A stretch of DNA of 64,000 nucleotides from positions 181,108 through 245,107 of the forward strand of contig CACBGZ010000001.1 of NCBI GenBank assembly GCA_902538915.1. The letters run 5' to 3'. The DNA comes from an uncultured Pelagibacteraceae bacterium (GTDB lineage: Bacteria; Pseudomonadota; Alphaproteobacteria; Pelagibacterales; Pelagibacteraceae). Position numbers and translations under genes: made by a program. Positions 38,075 to 48,850 of this stretch are shown piece after piece. Position 1 is the first letter of the stretch. Each line of letters opens with the position of its first letter. The notes under the pieces are model-generated. The model was not told the origin of the DNA, searched no databases, and was given only the letters and a program-made list of their open reading frames with translations.

Positions 38075-40147
38075 TTATTCAGCAGCCTGTTTCATAGAAA
38101 GTTTAACTTTACCTCTATCGAAACCAATTACTTTAACTTTAACATCATCACCTTCTTTAACGACATCAGTAACTTTCGCTACTCTTTTATTTGCAAGTTC
38201 TGAAATATGGACAAGCCCATCTTGTTTACCCAAGAAATTAACAAATGCACCAAACTCCATAATCTTCATAACTTTTCCAGAATAAATCTTATTTAATTCA
38301 GCTTTTGCCGTTATGTCTTTAATCATTTGCATTGCGGTATTTCTCGACTCTTCATCTGGAGCAGCAACTGTTACTACGCCCTCATCATTCACGTCTACTT
38401 TTGCGCCTGATTTTTCAACTATTTCTCTTATTGTTGCCCCACCTTTTCCAATCACAGCAGCAATGTCTTTTTTATCAACATTTATTTTTTCCATTTTTGG
38501 AGTATGTTTTCCAACATCAGATCTTGAAGCGGATAATGCTTTACTCATTTCTCCTAAAATATGAACTCTTCCATCTTTGGCTTGACTTAATGCCTGTTCC
38601 ATTATCTCGAATGTTATTCCTGTGATTTTAATATCCATTTGAAGGGAGGTAATTCCGTCTTTGGTTCCGGCGACTTTAAAGTCCATATCACCTAAATGAT
38701 CTTCATCACCTAAAATGTCTGACAGAACACTAAAATCATCACCTTCTTTAATCAAGCCCATTGCAATACCTGCAACCGGTTCTTTAATTGGCACCCCTGC
38801 ATCCATTAATGCAAGTGAGGTTCCACAAACAGTGGCCATAGATGATGAACCGTTAGACTCTGTAATTTCAGAAACAACTCTAAATGTATAAGGAAATGCC
38901 TCTTTTGATGGCAATGATGAGTGAATAGCCCTCCATGCTAGTTTACCATGACCTATTTCTCTTCTTCCAGTCCCAATTCTTCCAGTTTCTCCTACTGAAA
39001 AAGGGGGAAAATTATAATGAAGCATAAACCTTTCTCTTTGTAATCCATCTAAGCTCTCAATTCTCTGTTCATCATCAGATGTGCCTAAAGTTGCTGTCAC
39101 AATTGCTTGCGTTTCTCCTCTTGTAAATAATGCAGAGCCATGTGTTCTTGGTAAAACACCAACCTCACATGAGATAGGTCTAACTTCAGATAAACTCCTG
39201 CCATCAATTCTATTTTTATTTTTTAAAATATCTGTTCTGACAATAGTCTTTTCAAGATTCTTTAGTTCTGAATTCACATCAAGATCAGTATAGTTTTCAT
39301 CTTCCTCATAAAGTTTTTTTGCTTTATCAGTAATTTCTGAAATTTGATTAGATCTATCCTGCTTATCTCTTGTGGCGAATGCTTTCTTAAGATCTTCTGT
39401 AAAAGTTTCTTCAAGTTTTTTCTTTACATCAGATAAATCTTTCTTTTCAACAGTCCATTCAGGTTTTCTGCATTCTTTAGCTAATTCCTCTATCATTTGA
39501 ATCACCGGAACAAAACCTTCATGACCAAATTTGACTGCATTTAACATTTCTTCCTCTGTTAATCCGCTAGCCTCAGACTCAACCATAAGCACTGCATCTT
39601 TTGTACCAGCAACAACTAAATCTAATTTTGATTTTTCAAGTTCAGTTTTTGATGGGTTCAAAACATATTTACCATCAATATATCCAACTCTAGAAGCTCC
39701 AATAGGACCCATAAATGGCATTCCTGATATTGCTAAAGCCGCAGAGGACGCAATAATAGATAAAATATCTGCTTCATTTTCTTTATCATAAGAAATTACA
39801 GTTGGTAATAACTGAACCTCATTTTTAAATTCATTTGGAAACAACGGTCTGATCGGTCTATCAATTAATCTTGAGATCAATGTTTCACTTTCAGTTGGTC
39901 TCGCCTCTCTTTTAAAATATCCACCAGGAATTTTTCCTGCTGCATAATATTTTTCTTGATAATTTACAGATAATGGAAAGTAATCCATGTCTGGATTTAC
40001 TTTTTTTGCGCCAACCACTGTTGCTAAAACGACTGTCTCCCCACATGTTGCGATGATTGCTCCGTCTGCCTGTCTTGCTACTTTACCTGTTTCTAAACTT
40101 ATCTTCTTTCCTGCTACTTCAACTTCCTTTTTGTATACTTTAAACAT
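38075..40147 (-). CDS. pnp: Polyribonucleotide nucleotidyltransferase
   Basis: [28 protein letters not shown] and S1 domains. Confidence 0.98.
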   Translation of the reverse strand: MFKVYKKEVEVAGKKISLETGKVARQADGAIIATCGETVVLATVVGAKKVNPDMDYFPLSVNYQEKYYAAGKIPGGYFKREARPTESETLISRLIDRPIRPLFPNEFKNEVQLLPTVISYDKENEADILSIIASSAALAISGMPFMGPIGASRVGYIDGKYVLNPSKTELEKSKLDLVVAGTKDAVLMVESEASGLTEEEMLNAVKFGHEGFVPVIQMIEELAKECRKPEWTVEKKDLSDVKKKLEETFTEDLKKAFATRDKQDRSNQISEITDKAKKLYEEDENYTDLDVNSELKNLEKTIVRTDILKNKNRIDGRSLSEVRPISCEVGVLPRTHGSALFTRGETQAIVTATLGTSDDEQRIESLDGLQRERFMLHYNFPPFSVGETGRIGTGRREIGHGKLAWRAIHSSLPSKEAFPYTFRVVSEITESNGSSSMATVCGTSLALMDAGVPIKEPVAGIAMGLIKEGDDFSVLSDILGDEDHLGDMDFKVAGTKDGITSLQMDIKITGITFEIMEQALSQAKDGRVHILGEMSKALSASRSDVGKHTPKMEKINVDKKDIAAVIGKGGATIREIVEKSGAKVDVNDEGVVTVAAPDEESRNTAMQMIKDITAKAELNKIYSGKVMKIMEFGAFVNFLGKQDGLVHISELANKRVAKVTDVVKEGDDVKVKVIGFDRGKVKLSMKQAAE

Positions 40148-40180
40148 TTCATTTCCATTTCGTTTCGTTCCATTCCGTTC
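40145..40180 (-). repeat. Seven RAAYG pentamers in the pnp leader
   Basis: mRNA sense GAACG GAATG GAACG AAACG AAATG G AAATG AAATG (last ATG is the pnp start). Confidence 0.85.
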
Positions 40181-40195
40181 TATCTATCCTGATCT

Positions 40196-40444
40196 TTATT
40201 TTCTCAAATTCAATTTCGATAGGACATTTTTGTAAGAGTTTATCTTATTTCTTTTAAGATAATCTAACAATTTTTTTCTTCTATTAACGGCTCTCAATAA
40301 TCCAATAGACGAATGTTTGTCTTTCTTGAATTGTTTTATGTGTTTTGAGAGCGATTCAATTTTCTCAGTTAATAGTGCGACCTGGATCTCTGACGATCCA
40401 GTATCTTTTTCATGTATCGCTAATTCTCGAGCTTTTTTATTCAT
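40196..40444 (-). CDS. rpsO: 30S ribosomal protein S15
   Basis: DTGSSEIQVALLT, KKDKHS..GL and RRKKLLDYL motifs. Confidence 0.96.
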   Translation of the reverse strand: MNKKARELAIHEKDTGSSEIQVALLTEKIESLSKHIKQFKKDKHSSIGLLRAVNRRKKLLDYLKRNKINSYKNVLSKLNLRK

Positions 40445-40456
40445 ATTTTATTTTTC

Positions 40457-40825
40457 CTATTTATTTGATTGTTTAATTAAATTTTCTATTTTTTCGGCAT
40501 ATTCAAAAGATTCATCTTTTCTAAAAAGTAATTTTGGTAAAAATTTCATCACAACTTTTTGAGATAAAATTTTTCTTACTAAAAATGAGTATTCCTTTAA
40601 AATATTTATAGTTTCTTCGGCATTTTTCCCACCAAGAGGAAGAACATATGCTTTAGCTATTTTTAAGTCTTGGCTCATCCGTACTTCAGTGACCGTAATA
40701 TTATTCGTCTCTAAATTCGGTAATTTAGCCTCATTTTTAATAAAAATCATGCTTAAAGCTTGTTTAACCATTTCCCCGACTCTTAACTGTCTTTGCGACA
40801 TTGGTTTCCCTAATCTATCTGCCAT
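40457..40825 (-). CDS. rbfA: Ribosome-binding factor A
   Basis: SQRQLRVGE, ITVTEVRMSQDLKIA and PKLLF..DESF. Confidence 0.95.
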   Translation of the reverse strand: MADRLGKPMSQRQLRVGEMVKQALSMIFIKNEAKLPNLETNNITVTEVRMSQDLKIAKAYVLPLGGKNAEETINILKEYSFLVRKILSQKVVMKFLPKLLFRKDESFEYAEKIENLIKQSNK

Positions 40826-43032
40826 TAAATCGACCTTTCCTTTGAAGTAAGATTAAAAGCCTCTAATGTGTCATTTTTTTGGAAATCTACATAATCTTTG
40901 ACAGTAATTCCACATTCTTGGCCATTACTAACTTGTTTTACTTGATTTTTTTCTCTAAACAAAGATCCAACCTTTCCTGTAAAAATAATATTACCATCTC
41001 TGATTATTCTAAGTTCTGAGTTGCTATTAATTTCGCCCTCTATGACTTTTGAGCCTGCAACTTTACCAGCACCAGAGACTTTGAATATTTCTAAAATCTG
41101 GGCTGTTCCTGTGATATTTTCCTGGATATCAGGGGTAAGTAAACCTGACATTTTAGATTTTATATAATCTAGCACCTCATATATAATATTATAAGATGAA
41201 ATTTTGATCCTCTCATTTTCTGCTAATTTTTTTGCCTCTTTACTTGGTTTAACATTAAATGCAATTAAAACAGCGTTAGAGGCTTTCGCTAAAGTCACGT
41301 CAGTTTCTGTGACCATTCCGATATCTGCTAAAATAATTTTTGGTTTGACCTCCTCATGTTTAATCTGACTAATTGCACTTTTAATTGCCTCAGACGAACC
41401 ATGTACATCAGATTTGATTATTAAATTCAATTCAGCAGTTGATTTATCTGTAAAAGCCGAATCCTGGGTTGCAAATGTTAATAGATTTTTTCCATCTTTA
41501 TTTTCATGAGCTCTATTTTGACTTAAATTTTTAGCCTCTTTTTCATTATTCAGAACAATAAAATCATCTCCTGCTTTAGCTGCGCCATTAATTCCTAATA
41601 TCTCAACTGGTGTAGATGGTGATGCTTCATTAATATTTAGTCCTTTATCATTGATTATTGCTCTAACCTTTCCCCATCGCAGACCACTTACAAAAAAATT
41701 TCCCTTTTTAAGAGTACCAGCAGTAACAATAATTGTTGCAACTGGTCCTCTCCCAACATCTATTTTAGATTCTAAAACAATACCTGTAGCTTTAGATTGA
41801 AAATCTGTTTTTAAATCTAAAATTTCAGCTTGAAGTAGAATTGCCTCTAATAATTTATCTAGATTTAATTTTGTTTTAGCAGATATCTCTACCATCAATG
41901 TGTCTCCAGATAAATCTTCGGCTATTAATTCATATTCTAATAACTGATTTTTAACTTTTTGTGGATCTGCCTCTGGCAAATCACATTTATTGATTGCAAC
42001 AACAATTGGAACATTTGCGGCTTTAGCATGCTTAATGGACTCAACTGTTTGAGGTTTTACTCCATCATCCGCAGCTACAACTAATACCACTACGTCTGTA
42101 AGTTTTGACCCTCTAGCTCTCATTTCAGTAAATGCTGCATGACCAGGTGTATCAATAAAAGTTAGTTTATTTGATTGTGCCTCAATTTGATATGCGCCTA
42201 TGTGTTGCGTGATCCCCCCAAACTCTCCTGAGACTACATTCGCACTTCTTAAAACGTCTAATACAGATGTTTTACCATGATCTACGTGACCCATAACTGT
42301 TACAATAGGAGGCCTATTCTTTAAATTTTCAGTCCTTGCAGCCTTAATCTTGCTAATAATTTCCTCTGCCTTTTCTTCTCTAATTGGGTTGTGTCCAAAC
42401 TCTTTTACTAAGTACTCTGCTGTATCAGCTGCTAAAGTTTGATTGATAGTGACCGTGACTCCCATACCAAATAGAAATTTAATAACATTGCTAGACTGTT
42501 CGGCCATTCTATTTGCAAGCTCCCTTACTGTTATCGCTTCAGGAATATTTATGTCTCTCTTGATTTGTTTTGAATTTTCCTTGTTTTCCTCTTTATTTGC
42601 ATTTTTGAGTTCTTTTTGTCTTGCTCTTTTGACTGATGCTAAACTTCTTTCTCTAGTCTCTATTTGATCACTCAAAGCTCTGGAGACAGTAAGCTTTAGT
42701 TCTCTTTTCTTTGATCCTAGCTTTGTTTTTTTTTCGATATCTGTATCACCTTTCAATCTTTTAGTTGCTCTTTGCTCTGCAAGTTTTCGTCTTTCAAAAT
42801 CACTAGCTATAGGCTGAGATTTAGAAAAAAAATTATTTTTAGGTGAAGTTACTTTTTTAAAACTAGATGATTGTTTAAATGGACTATTTTTATTCCCAAT
42901 TGGTTTTCCAAAAGATTTTGATTGTTTATCAATGATTACCGTTTTCTTGCTTTGAGATTTTGTAGTGTCAAAGTTATTAATAGTCTTTTTGATCTTGCCA
43001 GAAATAGTGAGTTTTGTTTTTTTGTTTTCCAT
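40825..43032 (-). CDS. infB: Translation initiation factor IF-2
   Basis: MGHVDHGKTS, DTPGHAAF and NKCD motifs. Confidence 0.98.
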   Translation of the reverse strand: MENKKTKLTISGKIKKTINNFDTTKSQSKKTVIIDKQSKSFGKPIGNKNSPFKQSSSFKKVTSPKNNFFSKSQPIASDFERRKLAEQRATKRLKGDTDIEKKTKLGSKKRELKLTVSRALSDQIETRERSLASVKRARQKELKNANKEENKENSKQIKRDINIPEAITVRELANRMAEQSSNVIKFLFGMGVTVTINQTLAADTAEYLVKEFGHNPIREEKAEEIISKIKAARTENLKNRPPIVTVMGHVDHGKTSVLDVLRSANVVSGEFGGITQHIGAYQIEAQSNKLTFIDTPGHAAFTEMRARGSKLTDVVVLVVAADDGVKPQTVESIKHAKAANVPIVVAINKCDLPEADPQKVKNQLLEYELIAEDLSGDTLMVEISAKTKLNLDKLLEAILLQAEILDLKTDFQSKATGIVLESKIDVGRGPVATIIVTAGTLKKGNFFVSGLRWGKVRAIINDKGLNINEASPSTPVEILGINGAAKAGDDFIVLNNEKEAKNLSQNRAHENKDGKNLLTFATQDSAFTDKSTAELNLIIKSDVHGSSEAIKSAISQIKHEEVKPKIILADIGMVTETDVTLAKASNAVLIAFNVKPSKEAKKLAENERIKISSYNIIYEVLDYIKSKMSGLLTPDIQENITGTAQILEIFKVSGAGKVAGSKVIEGEINSNSELRIIRDGNIIFTGKVGSLFREKNQVKQVSNGQECGITVKDYVDFQKNDTLEAFNLTSKERSI

Positions 43033-43043
43033 TTCTCATTCCC

Positions 43044-44597
43044 TTAATCTTTATAAACTATATTTCTTGCAGACATGATAAGTTCGTCTGCTTCACTTTT
43101 TGATAATGCAAAATCTTCCAGATAACCTTGTATCTTTATTTTTTCTCCTTTTACAACATCGTATCCACCAGTAAGCTCGTCAGAAGCAAGGTCAGCAAAA
43201 TCCTCTAATTTGAGTATTTTTTGTTCGCCTAATGTAACTAGCATTCCAGGTGTCAAACCTTTTAAATTTATCAAATCATCGGCTAAACCTAAATCTTTAA
43301 TTCTCTTTGAAATATCCTCTTGATCCTTTTGATAAAATTCTTTTGCTCTTTCTATTAGTGCTTTTGCTGTCTCTTCTTCTATTCCCTCTATTTTAACCAA
43401 ATTCTCAGATGTAGTGTCTTTAATGTCATCTATAGTAGAGTATCCCTCCGCCACTAAAAGTTGACCCAAAGTTTCATCTAGTTCTAAATTTTTAACAAAG
43501 TTTTCTGTTTTCTCTTTAAATTCTTGTTGTCTTCGATCTGAATCCTCTTGATCAGTCATTATATTAATTTCATAATTCATTAATTTTGTAGCTAATCTAA
43601 CATTCTGTCCTCTTCTTCCAATAGCTTTGCTTAAATTATCCTCAGTTAAAATTACATCTAGTTTTTTTCTTTCTAAATCTACATTTACTCTTTGGACTTC
43701 TGCCGGTGATAATGCGTTAGCTACTAGTATAGCTGGGTCCTCAGACCAATTTACAATATCAATTTTTTCTCCTTGCAATTCATTAACAACTGCTTGCACT
43801 CTTGAACCTCTCATTCCTACACATGCTCCAACTGGATCTAATGAAGTATCAACTGCTTTTACACAAATTTTAGCCCTACTACCTGGATCCCTTGAGGATG
43901 ATTTAATCTCAATTAAATTGTCATAAATTTCTGGGACCTCTTGAACAAAAAGTTTTTCCATAAATTTTGGGTGTGCTCTAGACAAAAAAATTTGCTGCCC
44001 TCTTGGTTCTCTTCTAACGTCGTAACAATATGCTTTGACTCTATCTCCAGCCTTTATATTTTCTCTAGGTATCATTTCATTCTTTTGTATTATTGCTTCG
44101 GTTCGACCAAGATCTACTATTACATTTCCAAACTCTAACCTTTTTACAATCCCACTTAAAATTGTATCTTTTTTATCAATGAAATCATTAAATTGTCTCT
44201 CTCGTTCTGCCTCTCTTACATTAAAATTGATAACTTGCTTTGCTGTTTGAGCCGCAATTCTACCAAAGTCAAAAGATGGTAATGGTTGAAGCACTTCATC
44301 ACCAATTGATTTTCCCATATTCTCTTCGTTAAGATTGATTGCTTCTTCAATATTAATTTCAGTATTAGAATTCTCGGGTTTTTCAACTATTACTAGCTTT
44401 CTAAATATTTCGATATTACCACTCTCTCTGTCAATAATAACTTTAATTTCATTATCTTGGCCAAACTTAGATTTAGCTGCTTTTGCTATCCCAGTTTCCA
44501 TAGAACTGATTATTAATTCTTTATCTATAGACTTTTCTAATGCAACTGCTTCTGCAATTCTTAACAATTCAAGTTTATCTGCTCTTTTATTTAACAT
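43044..44597 (-). CDS. nusA: Transcription termination/antitermination factor NusA
   Basis: FGRIAAQTAKQ, DPVGACVGMRGSRV and AIGRRGQNVRLA. Confidence 0.98.
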   Translation of the reverse strand: MLNKRADKLELLRIAEAVALEKSIDKELIISSMETGIAKAAKSKFGQDNEIKVIIDRESGNIEIFRKLVIVEKPENSNTEINIEEAINLNEENMGKSIGDEVLQPLPSFDFGRIAAQTAKQVINFNVREAERERQFNDFIDKKDTILSGIVKRLEFGNVIVDLGRTEAIIQKNEMIPRENIKAGDRVKAYCYDVRREPRGQQIFLSRAHPKFMEKLFVQEVPEIYDNLIEIKSSSRDPGSRAKICVKAVDTSLDPVGACVGMRGSRVQAVVNELQGEKIDIVNWSEDPAILVANALSPAEVQRVNVDLERKKLDVILTEDNLSKAIGRRGQNVRLATKLMNYEINIMTDQEDSDRRQQEFKEKTENFVKNLELDETLGQLLVAEGYSTIDDIKDTTSENLVKIEGIEEETAKALIERAKEFYQKDQEDISKRIKDLGLADDLINLKGLTPGMLVTLGEQKILKLEDFADLASDELTGGYDVVKGEKIKIQGYLEDFALSKSEADELIMSARNIVYKD

Positions 44598-44612
44598 ATG
44601 TTAGCTTGCTCC

Positions 44613-44639
44613 AAAAAAAAATGGGCAAAAGCCCATTTT
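44613..44639 (-). terminator. Terminator-like hairpin immediately upstream of nusA (leader attenuator and/or metK terminator)
   Basis: Minus strand AAAATGGGC-TTTT-GCCCATTTT-TTTTT followed by GGAG and the nusA ATG. Confidence 0.75.
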
Positions 44640-44695
44640 GATAGTTCAACAATGTAACTGAAATATAGTAAAGTTTTACTTTAATTCAACAGAAA

Positions 44696-45865
44696 CTATT
44701 TAGAAAAAAAGCCTAATTTATCAGTTTTTTCCCAAGAAAATGATCCATTGTCATCTGGTGCTCTTCCAAAATGACCGTAAGCAGCTGTTTTTTCATATAT
44801 AGGTTTGTTTAAATTAAGCATTTCTCTTATTCCTTTTGGACTTAAATCGAAATTTTCTTTAATTTTTTCTACAACAAACTTATTTTTATCTAAATCATTA
44901 TCAAATAAATCTACATAAATAGACAAAGGTTTAGATATTCCGATAGCGTAGGCTAATTGGATTAAGCACTTGTCAGTTATCTTTGAAGCCACAATATTTT
45001 TAGCTATATATCTTGCTGCATAAGCTGCAGATCTATCAACTTTTGTTGGATCTTTACCCGAAAAAGCTCCTCCTCCGTGAGGAGCTGCTCCGCCATAAGT
45101 ATCTACAATTATTTTTCTTCCTGTCAGTCCACAGTCACCATCAGGACCTCCAATAACAAAATTTCCAGTTGGATTTACATAAAATTCATTCTCATCAAAT
45201 CCTTCTAGAAAATTTTTTGGAATAGATTTTAACATGTAGGGCCTAAGTAAATCTCTAACCTGCGCTTGATTTACATCTGGGGAATGTTGTGATGATATCA
45301 CAACTGATTTAACTTTAGTTGGTTTTCCATTTACATACTCAAAAGTAACCTGACTTTTTGAATCGGGTTCAATATTTAATAATTTACCCGACTTTCTATC
45401 TTCTGCCATGAGTCTTAGAATTTTGTGTGAATAATGAATTGGTGCGGGCATCAATAAATCAGTCTCATTACATGCATATCCAAACATAATTCCTTGATCA
45501 CCAGCGCCTTCATCTTTATTTCCAGAAGAGTCTACACCCATGGCGATATCAACAGATTGTGCGTGCAAATGACATTCAATTTTTGTTGCGTCCCTCCAAG
45601 TAAAGCCCTCCTGATCATAACCAATATCCTTAATACAATTTCTTACTTTTTGTATTATTTCATCTTTACTAATTTCAGGCCCTCTAACCTCACCAGCAAG
45701 AACTACTTTGTTTGTAGTTGTTAAAGTTTCACATGCAACTCTAGAAAAGGGATCGCCTGAAAGATAACTATCAACAACCATATCCGAAATCCTATCTGAC
45801 ACTTTATCAGGATGGCCTTCTGAAACTGATTCACTAGTAAATAAATAGTTTTTAAGATTACTCAT
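44696..45865 (-). CDS. metK: S-adenosylmethionine synthetase
   Basis: [19 protein letters not shown] and GGGAFSGKD motifs. Confidence 0.98.
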   Translation of the reverse strand: MSNLKNYLFTSESVSEGHPDKVSDRISDMVVDSYLSGDPFSRVACETLTTTNKVVLAGEVRGPEISKDEIIQKVRNCIKDIGYDQEGFTWRDATKIECHLHAQSVDIAMGVDSSGNKDEGAGDQGIMFGYACNETDLLMPAPIHYSHKILRLMAEDRKSGKLLNIEPDSKSQVTFEYVNGKPTKVKSVVISSQHSPDVNQAQVRDLLRPYMLKSIPKNFLEGFDENEFYVNPTGNFVIGGPDGDCGLTGRKIIVDTYGGAAPHGGGAFSGKDPTKVDRSAAYAARYIAKNIVASKITDKCLIQLAYAIGISKPLSIYVDLFDNDLDKNKFVVEKIKENFDLSPKGIREMLNLNKPIYEKTAAYGHFGRAPDDNGSFSWEKTDKLGFFSK

Positions 45866-47402
45866 TTTTTATTCTATTAAATAATAAAATTAGGAAAATA
45901 TACATTAAAATCAATAAAACAAAAATTTTATTTCCATATTGTGAAAATAACGTTGCCTTTATTTTTTTTGTCTTATTTAAATCAATATAACCTGATTTTC
46001 CAAATTCTATTTTTTGTTCTACAACTCCTAGTGGGTTAATTATGGCTGCAATTCCATTATTTGATGATCTAACAACATACTTTCCACTTTCTATAGCTCT
46101 AAAAATGCTATGAGAAAAATGTTGTTTTGGTCCAATAGATTTTCCAAACCATCCATCCTCGGAGATATTAATTATTAGATCAAAATTAGAGTCTGTATAT
46201 AATTTACCTGAATAAATTATTTCATAGCAAATTAAAGGTAAGATTCTCAATGAAAAATTTCCTTGATTTATTTCAATGACATCTCTTTGAAATCCACTCG
46301 AAAAAGATTGATAGTTATTAGTTAAAGATCTTAGTCCAATATTTTTCAAAATATTTTCGATAGGCAAAAACTCACCGAATGGGACTAATTTAATCTTGTT
46401 ATAAAAATTTATTAAGTTTAAATTATTATCATAAACTGAAAAAGTGTTGAAATAATTTTTAGAACTATCTTTTATTACCTGGCTATTTATTCCAATTATA
46501 AACAAATGATTTTCATTGAAATTTTCTTCAAATAACCATTTATATTCGACCAAGCCTTGTTGAGTTACATCTGGAATGATACCTTCGGGCCAGATAAATA
46601 TTGTTTTATCATTTAAATCAGGTTTACTAATCTTTATCAAATCTCTAATTATTACAACCGGATCCACCTCTGAATAAAATTTTTCAAGGCCTATCTGAGA
46701 ACTGATAACTCTAATTTTATAATCTAAATACTTATCAACTGTATTATCAAATTTTTTTTTATGCATTGATCCATAAATAAAAATAAGAATCACAATTAAA
46801 AAAATTGAAATATTGAAAGTTATAGATCTGTTTGTATGTTTGATTAATAAAATTGCTGGACAAGAAAACATCAAAATACAAAACAAATTAAATCCATAAG
46901 TCCCAATTACTGATATTACACTTATAAATTCAAGCTGATTTGAAAAACTATAAGCAATCAAATTCCAAGGAAAGCCTGTTAAAATTGTTCCTCGAACAAA
47001 TTCTATTACTCCAAAAATGAGAGAAAACCATAATAGCGATCCCAGAGCATTTTTTGGTTTACAAGTTAAGAATATAAAAGAAATTAAGCCATAAAATAAT
47101 GCTAAAAAAGACGGTATTAAAAAAATGGTTAAAGGAATTAAAAATTTATAATTCTGATCAAATGTTAAAGAAATAGATATCCAATATAAATTAGTTGAGA
47201 AATAACCGAAACCAAATATCCACCCGTAAATAAAAAAGAGTTTTTTACTTTTCAGTTTATTTGATTTTTTAATCAAGAAATAAAAAAGCAAAGAAAAAGT
47301 GAAAAAATTAATTATAAAGTAGTTAAATGGTGGCAAACTTAGTGAAGTAAAAGCGCCTAAAATAACCAAAAATATTAACTCGATGTATATTTTCTTACTC
47401 AA
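45858..47402 (-). CDS. lnt: Apolipoprotein N-acyltransferase
   Basis: [18 protein letters not shown] and ICYEI motifs. Confidence 0.95.
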   Translation of the reverse strand: MSKKIYIELIFLVILGAFTSLSLPPFNYFIINFFTFSLLFYFLIKKSNKLKSKKLFFIYGWIFGFGYFSTNLYWISISLTFDQNYKFLIPLTIFLIPSFLALFYGLISFIFLTCKPKNALGSLLWFSLIFGVIEFVRGTILTGFPWNLIAYSFSNQLEFISVISVIGTYGFNLFCILMFSCPAILLIKHTNRSITFNISIFLIVILIFIYGSMHKKKFDNTVDKYLDYKIRVISSQIGLEKFYSEVDPVVIIRDLIKISKPDLNDKTIFIWPEGIIPDVTQQGLVEYKWLFEENFNENHLFIIGINSQVIKDSSKNYFNTFSVYDNNLNLINFYNKIKLVPFGEFLPIENILKNIGLRSLTNNYQSFSSGFQRDVIEINQGNFSLRILPLICYEIIYSGKLYTDSNFDLIINISEDGWFGKSIGPKQHFSHSIFRAIESGKYVVRSSNNGIAAIINPLGVVEQKIEFGKSGYIDLNKTKKIKATLFSQYGNKIFVLLILMYIFLILLFNRIKNE

Positions 47403-47860
47403 TTTAATTTTGAAATTACAGATTGATATATAAATTTTTCCTCTTTTAACATTTTTTTATAATCTGCATCTCGAACATGATTAAAACCTAAAAGATGTAA
47501 AAAACCATGAATGAAAGTTTTTATGAGTTTTTTTCTAAAGGACACGTTATCTTGTGATTTTGGTTTATCAATGAAATTATAACTTATAATTATGTCTCCA
47601 AGATATGTTTCTTTAGAAATTTTTAATTTATCGCTAAATGGAAATGATAAGATATCGGTTGATTTATTTTTATTTCTAAAACTTCTGTTGAGTTTTTTAA
47701 TACTTTTATTGTTAGATAATAAAAGAGTTAGGCTAATCTTTTTATTTAAAAATTTATATTTTTTTGGAAATGACTTGCAGATTTTATTAAAAAATAACTT
47801 TTTATTTCTTAGCCTACTGGACCAAGCCTCCTCATTTGAGAAGACAAAAATACTAATCAT
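47399..47860 (-). CDS. ybeY: rRNA maturation endoribonuclease YbeY
   Basis: TDILSFP, LGDIII and HGFLHLLGFNH motifs. Confidence 0.95.
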   Translation of the reverse strand: MISIFVFSNEEAWSSRLRNKKLFFNKICKSFPKKYKFLNKKISLTLLLSNNKSIKKLNRSFRNKNKSTDILSFPFSDKLKISKETYLGDIIISYNFIDKPKSQDNVSFRKKLIKTFIHGFLHLLGFNHVRDADYKKMLKEEKFIYQSVISKLN

Positions 47861-48848
47861 TTTTTGAGTAAGCTTTAACTATTTTAGAGACTAGTGGATG
47901 TCGCACAACATCAGAATGATCAAAATCAACCACGGATATTTCATTTAAATGCCCAAGTAACTTTTTTGACCTAACTAAGCCAGACATGCTTTTATTTGGT
48001 AAATCTATTTGTGAAGGATCTCCATTGACTACTATTTTTGAGTTTTCTCCAATACGAGTCAAAAACATTTTAATTTGTGTATCAGTCGCATTTTGAGCCT
48101 CATCTAAAATAGCAAATGAATTTTTTAGAGTTCTGCCTCTCATAAAAGCTAGGGGTGCAATTTCTATATCTCCAATTTCTATCATTCTTTGAATTTTTTC
48201 AAAATCAAATAAATCATAGAGCGAGTCGTATAAAGGCCTTAGATAAGGATCTACTTTCTCTTTCATATCTCCAGGTAAAAAACCTAATCTTTCGCCAGCC
48301 TCTACTGCTGGTCTTGATAAAATTATTCTTTCAATTTTTTTTTCTAATAACATTGTAAGACCAACTGCAACAGCTAAAAAAGTTTTACCAGTTCCCGCTG
48401 GACCTGCGGATATTATTATATCACTTTGCCTCAATGCTCTAACATATCCCTTTTGTTTTTCGGACCTTGGAATTATAGATTTTTTCGGTGTTTTAATGAT
48501 GTCAGTAATATTGTTATTTTTAACCTTCTCATTGATCATAAATTTATCTACTGATGAAACAATGTCTTTATCTTCTATAGATCCATTGTTGATAAATTGA
48601 TTTGCTAAAAATTGAATTGCATCTCTTAAAATTTCATTATTTTCCGAATTAGATTTAATCAGTATTGAGTTACCCCTTGAATATAAATTTGCTTGAGTAA
48701 TTTTTTCAAGTTTTTTAAGATTTTTGTTAAATTCTCCAACAATCCCCATTAACAAATCATTATCGTGAAAAATAATACTTAAAGAATTATTATCTGAATA
48801 AACGAATTTTAAAGATGAATTAATATTCTTTTTTACTATACCACTCAA
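47853..48848 (-). CDS. phoH: PhoH-like (YbeZ) ATPase
   Basis: GPAGTGKT, RPAVEAGERLGFLPGD and DEAQN motifs; TTG start. Confidence 0.93.
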   Translation of the reverse strand: MSGIVKKNINSSLKFVYSDNNSLSIIFHDNDLLMGIVGEFNKNLKKLEKITQANLYSRGNSILIKSNSENNEILRDAIQFLANQFINNGSIEDKDIVSSVDKFMINEKVKNNNITDIIKTPKKSIIPRSEKQKGYVRALRQSDIIISAGPAGTGKTFLAVAVGLTMLLEKKIERIILSRPAVEAGERLGFLPGDMKEKVDPYLRPLYDSLYDLFDFEKIQRMIEIGDIEIAPLAFMRGRTLKNSFAILDEAQNATDTQIKMFLTRIGENSKIVVNGDPSQIDLPNKSMSGLVRSKKLLGHLNEISVVDFDHSDVVRHPLVSKIVKAYSKND

Positions 48849-48850
48849 TT

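Noticed and set aside
40145-40180. Pentamer array as a CRISPR or phase-variable microsatellite
   Set aside because: No spacers or cas genes, and the units are degenerate rather than identical. Kept only as a leader motif.
45858-45900. SAM riboswitch upstream of metK
   Set aside because: The metK start overlaps the lnt stop, leaving no leader.
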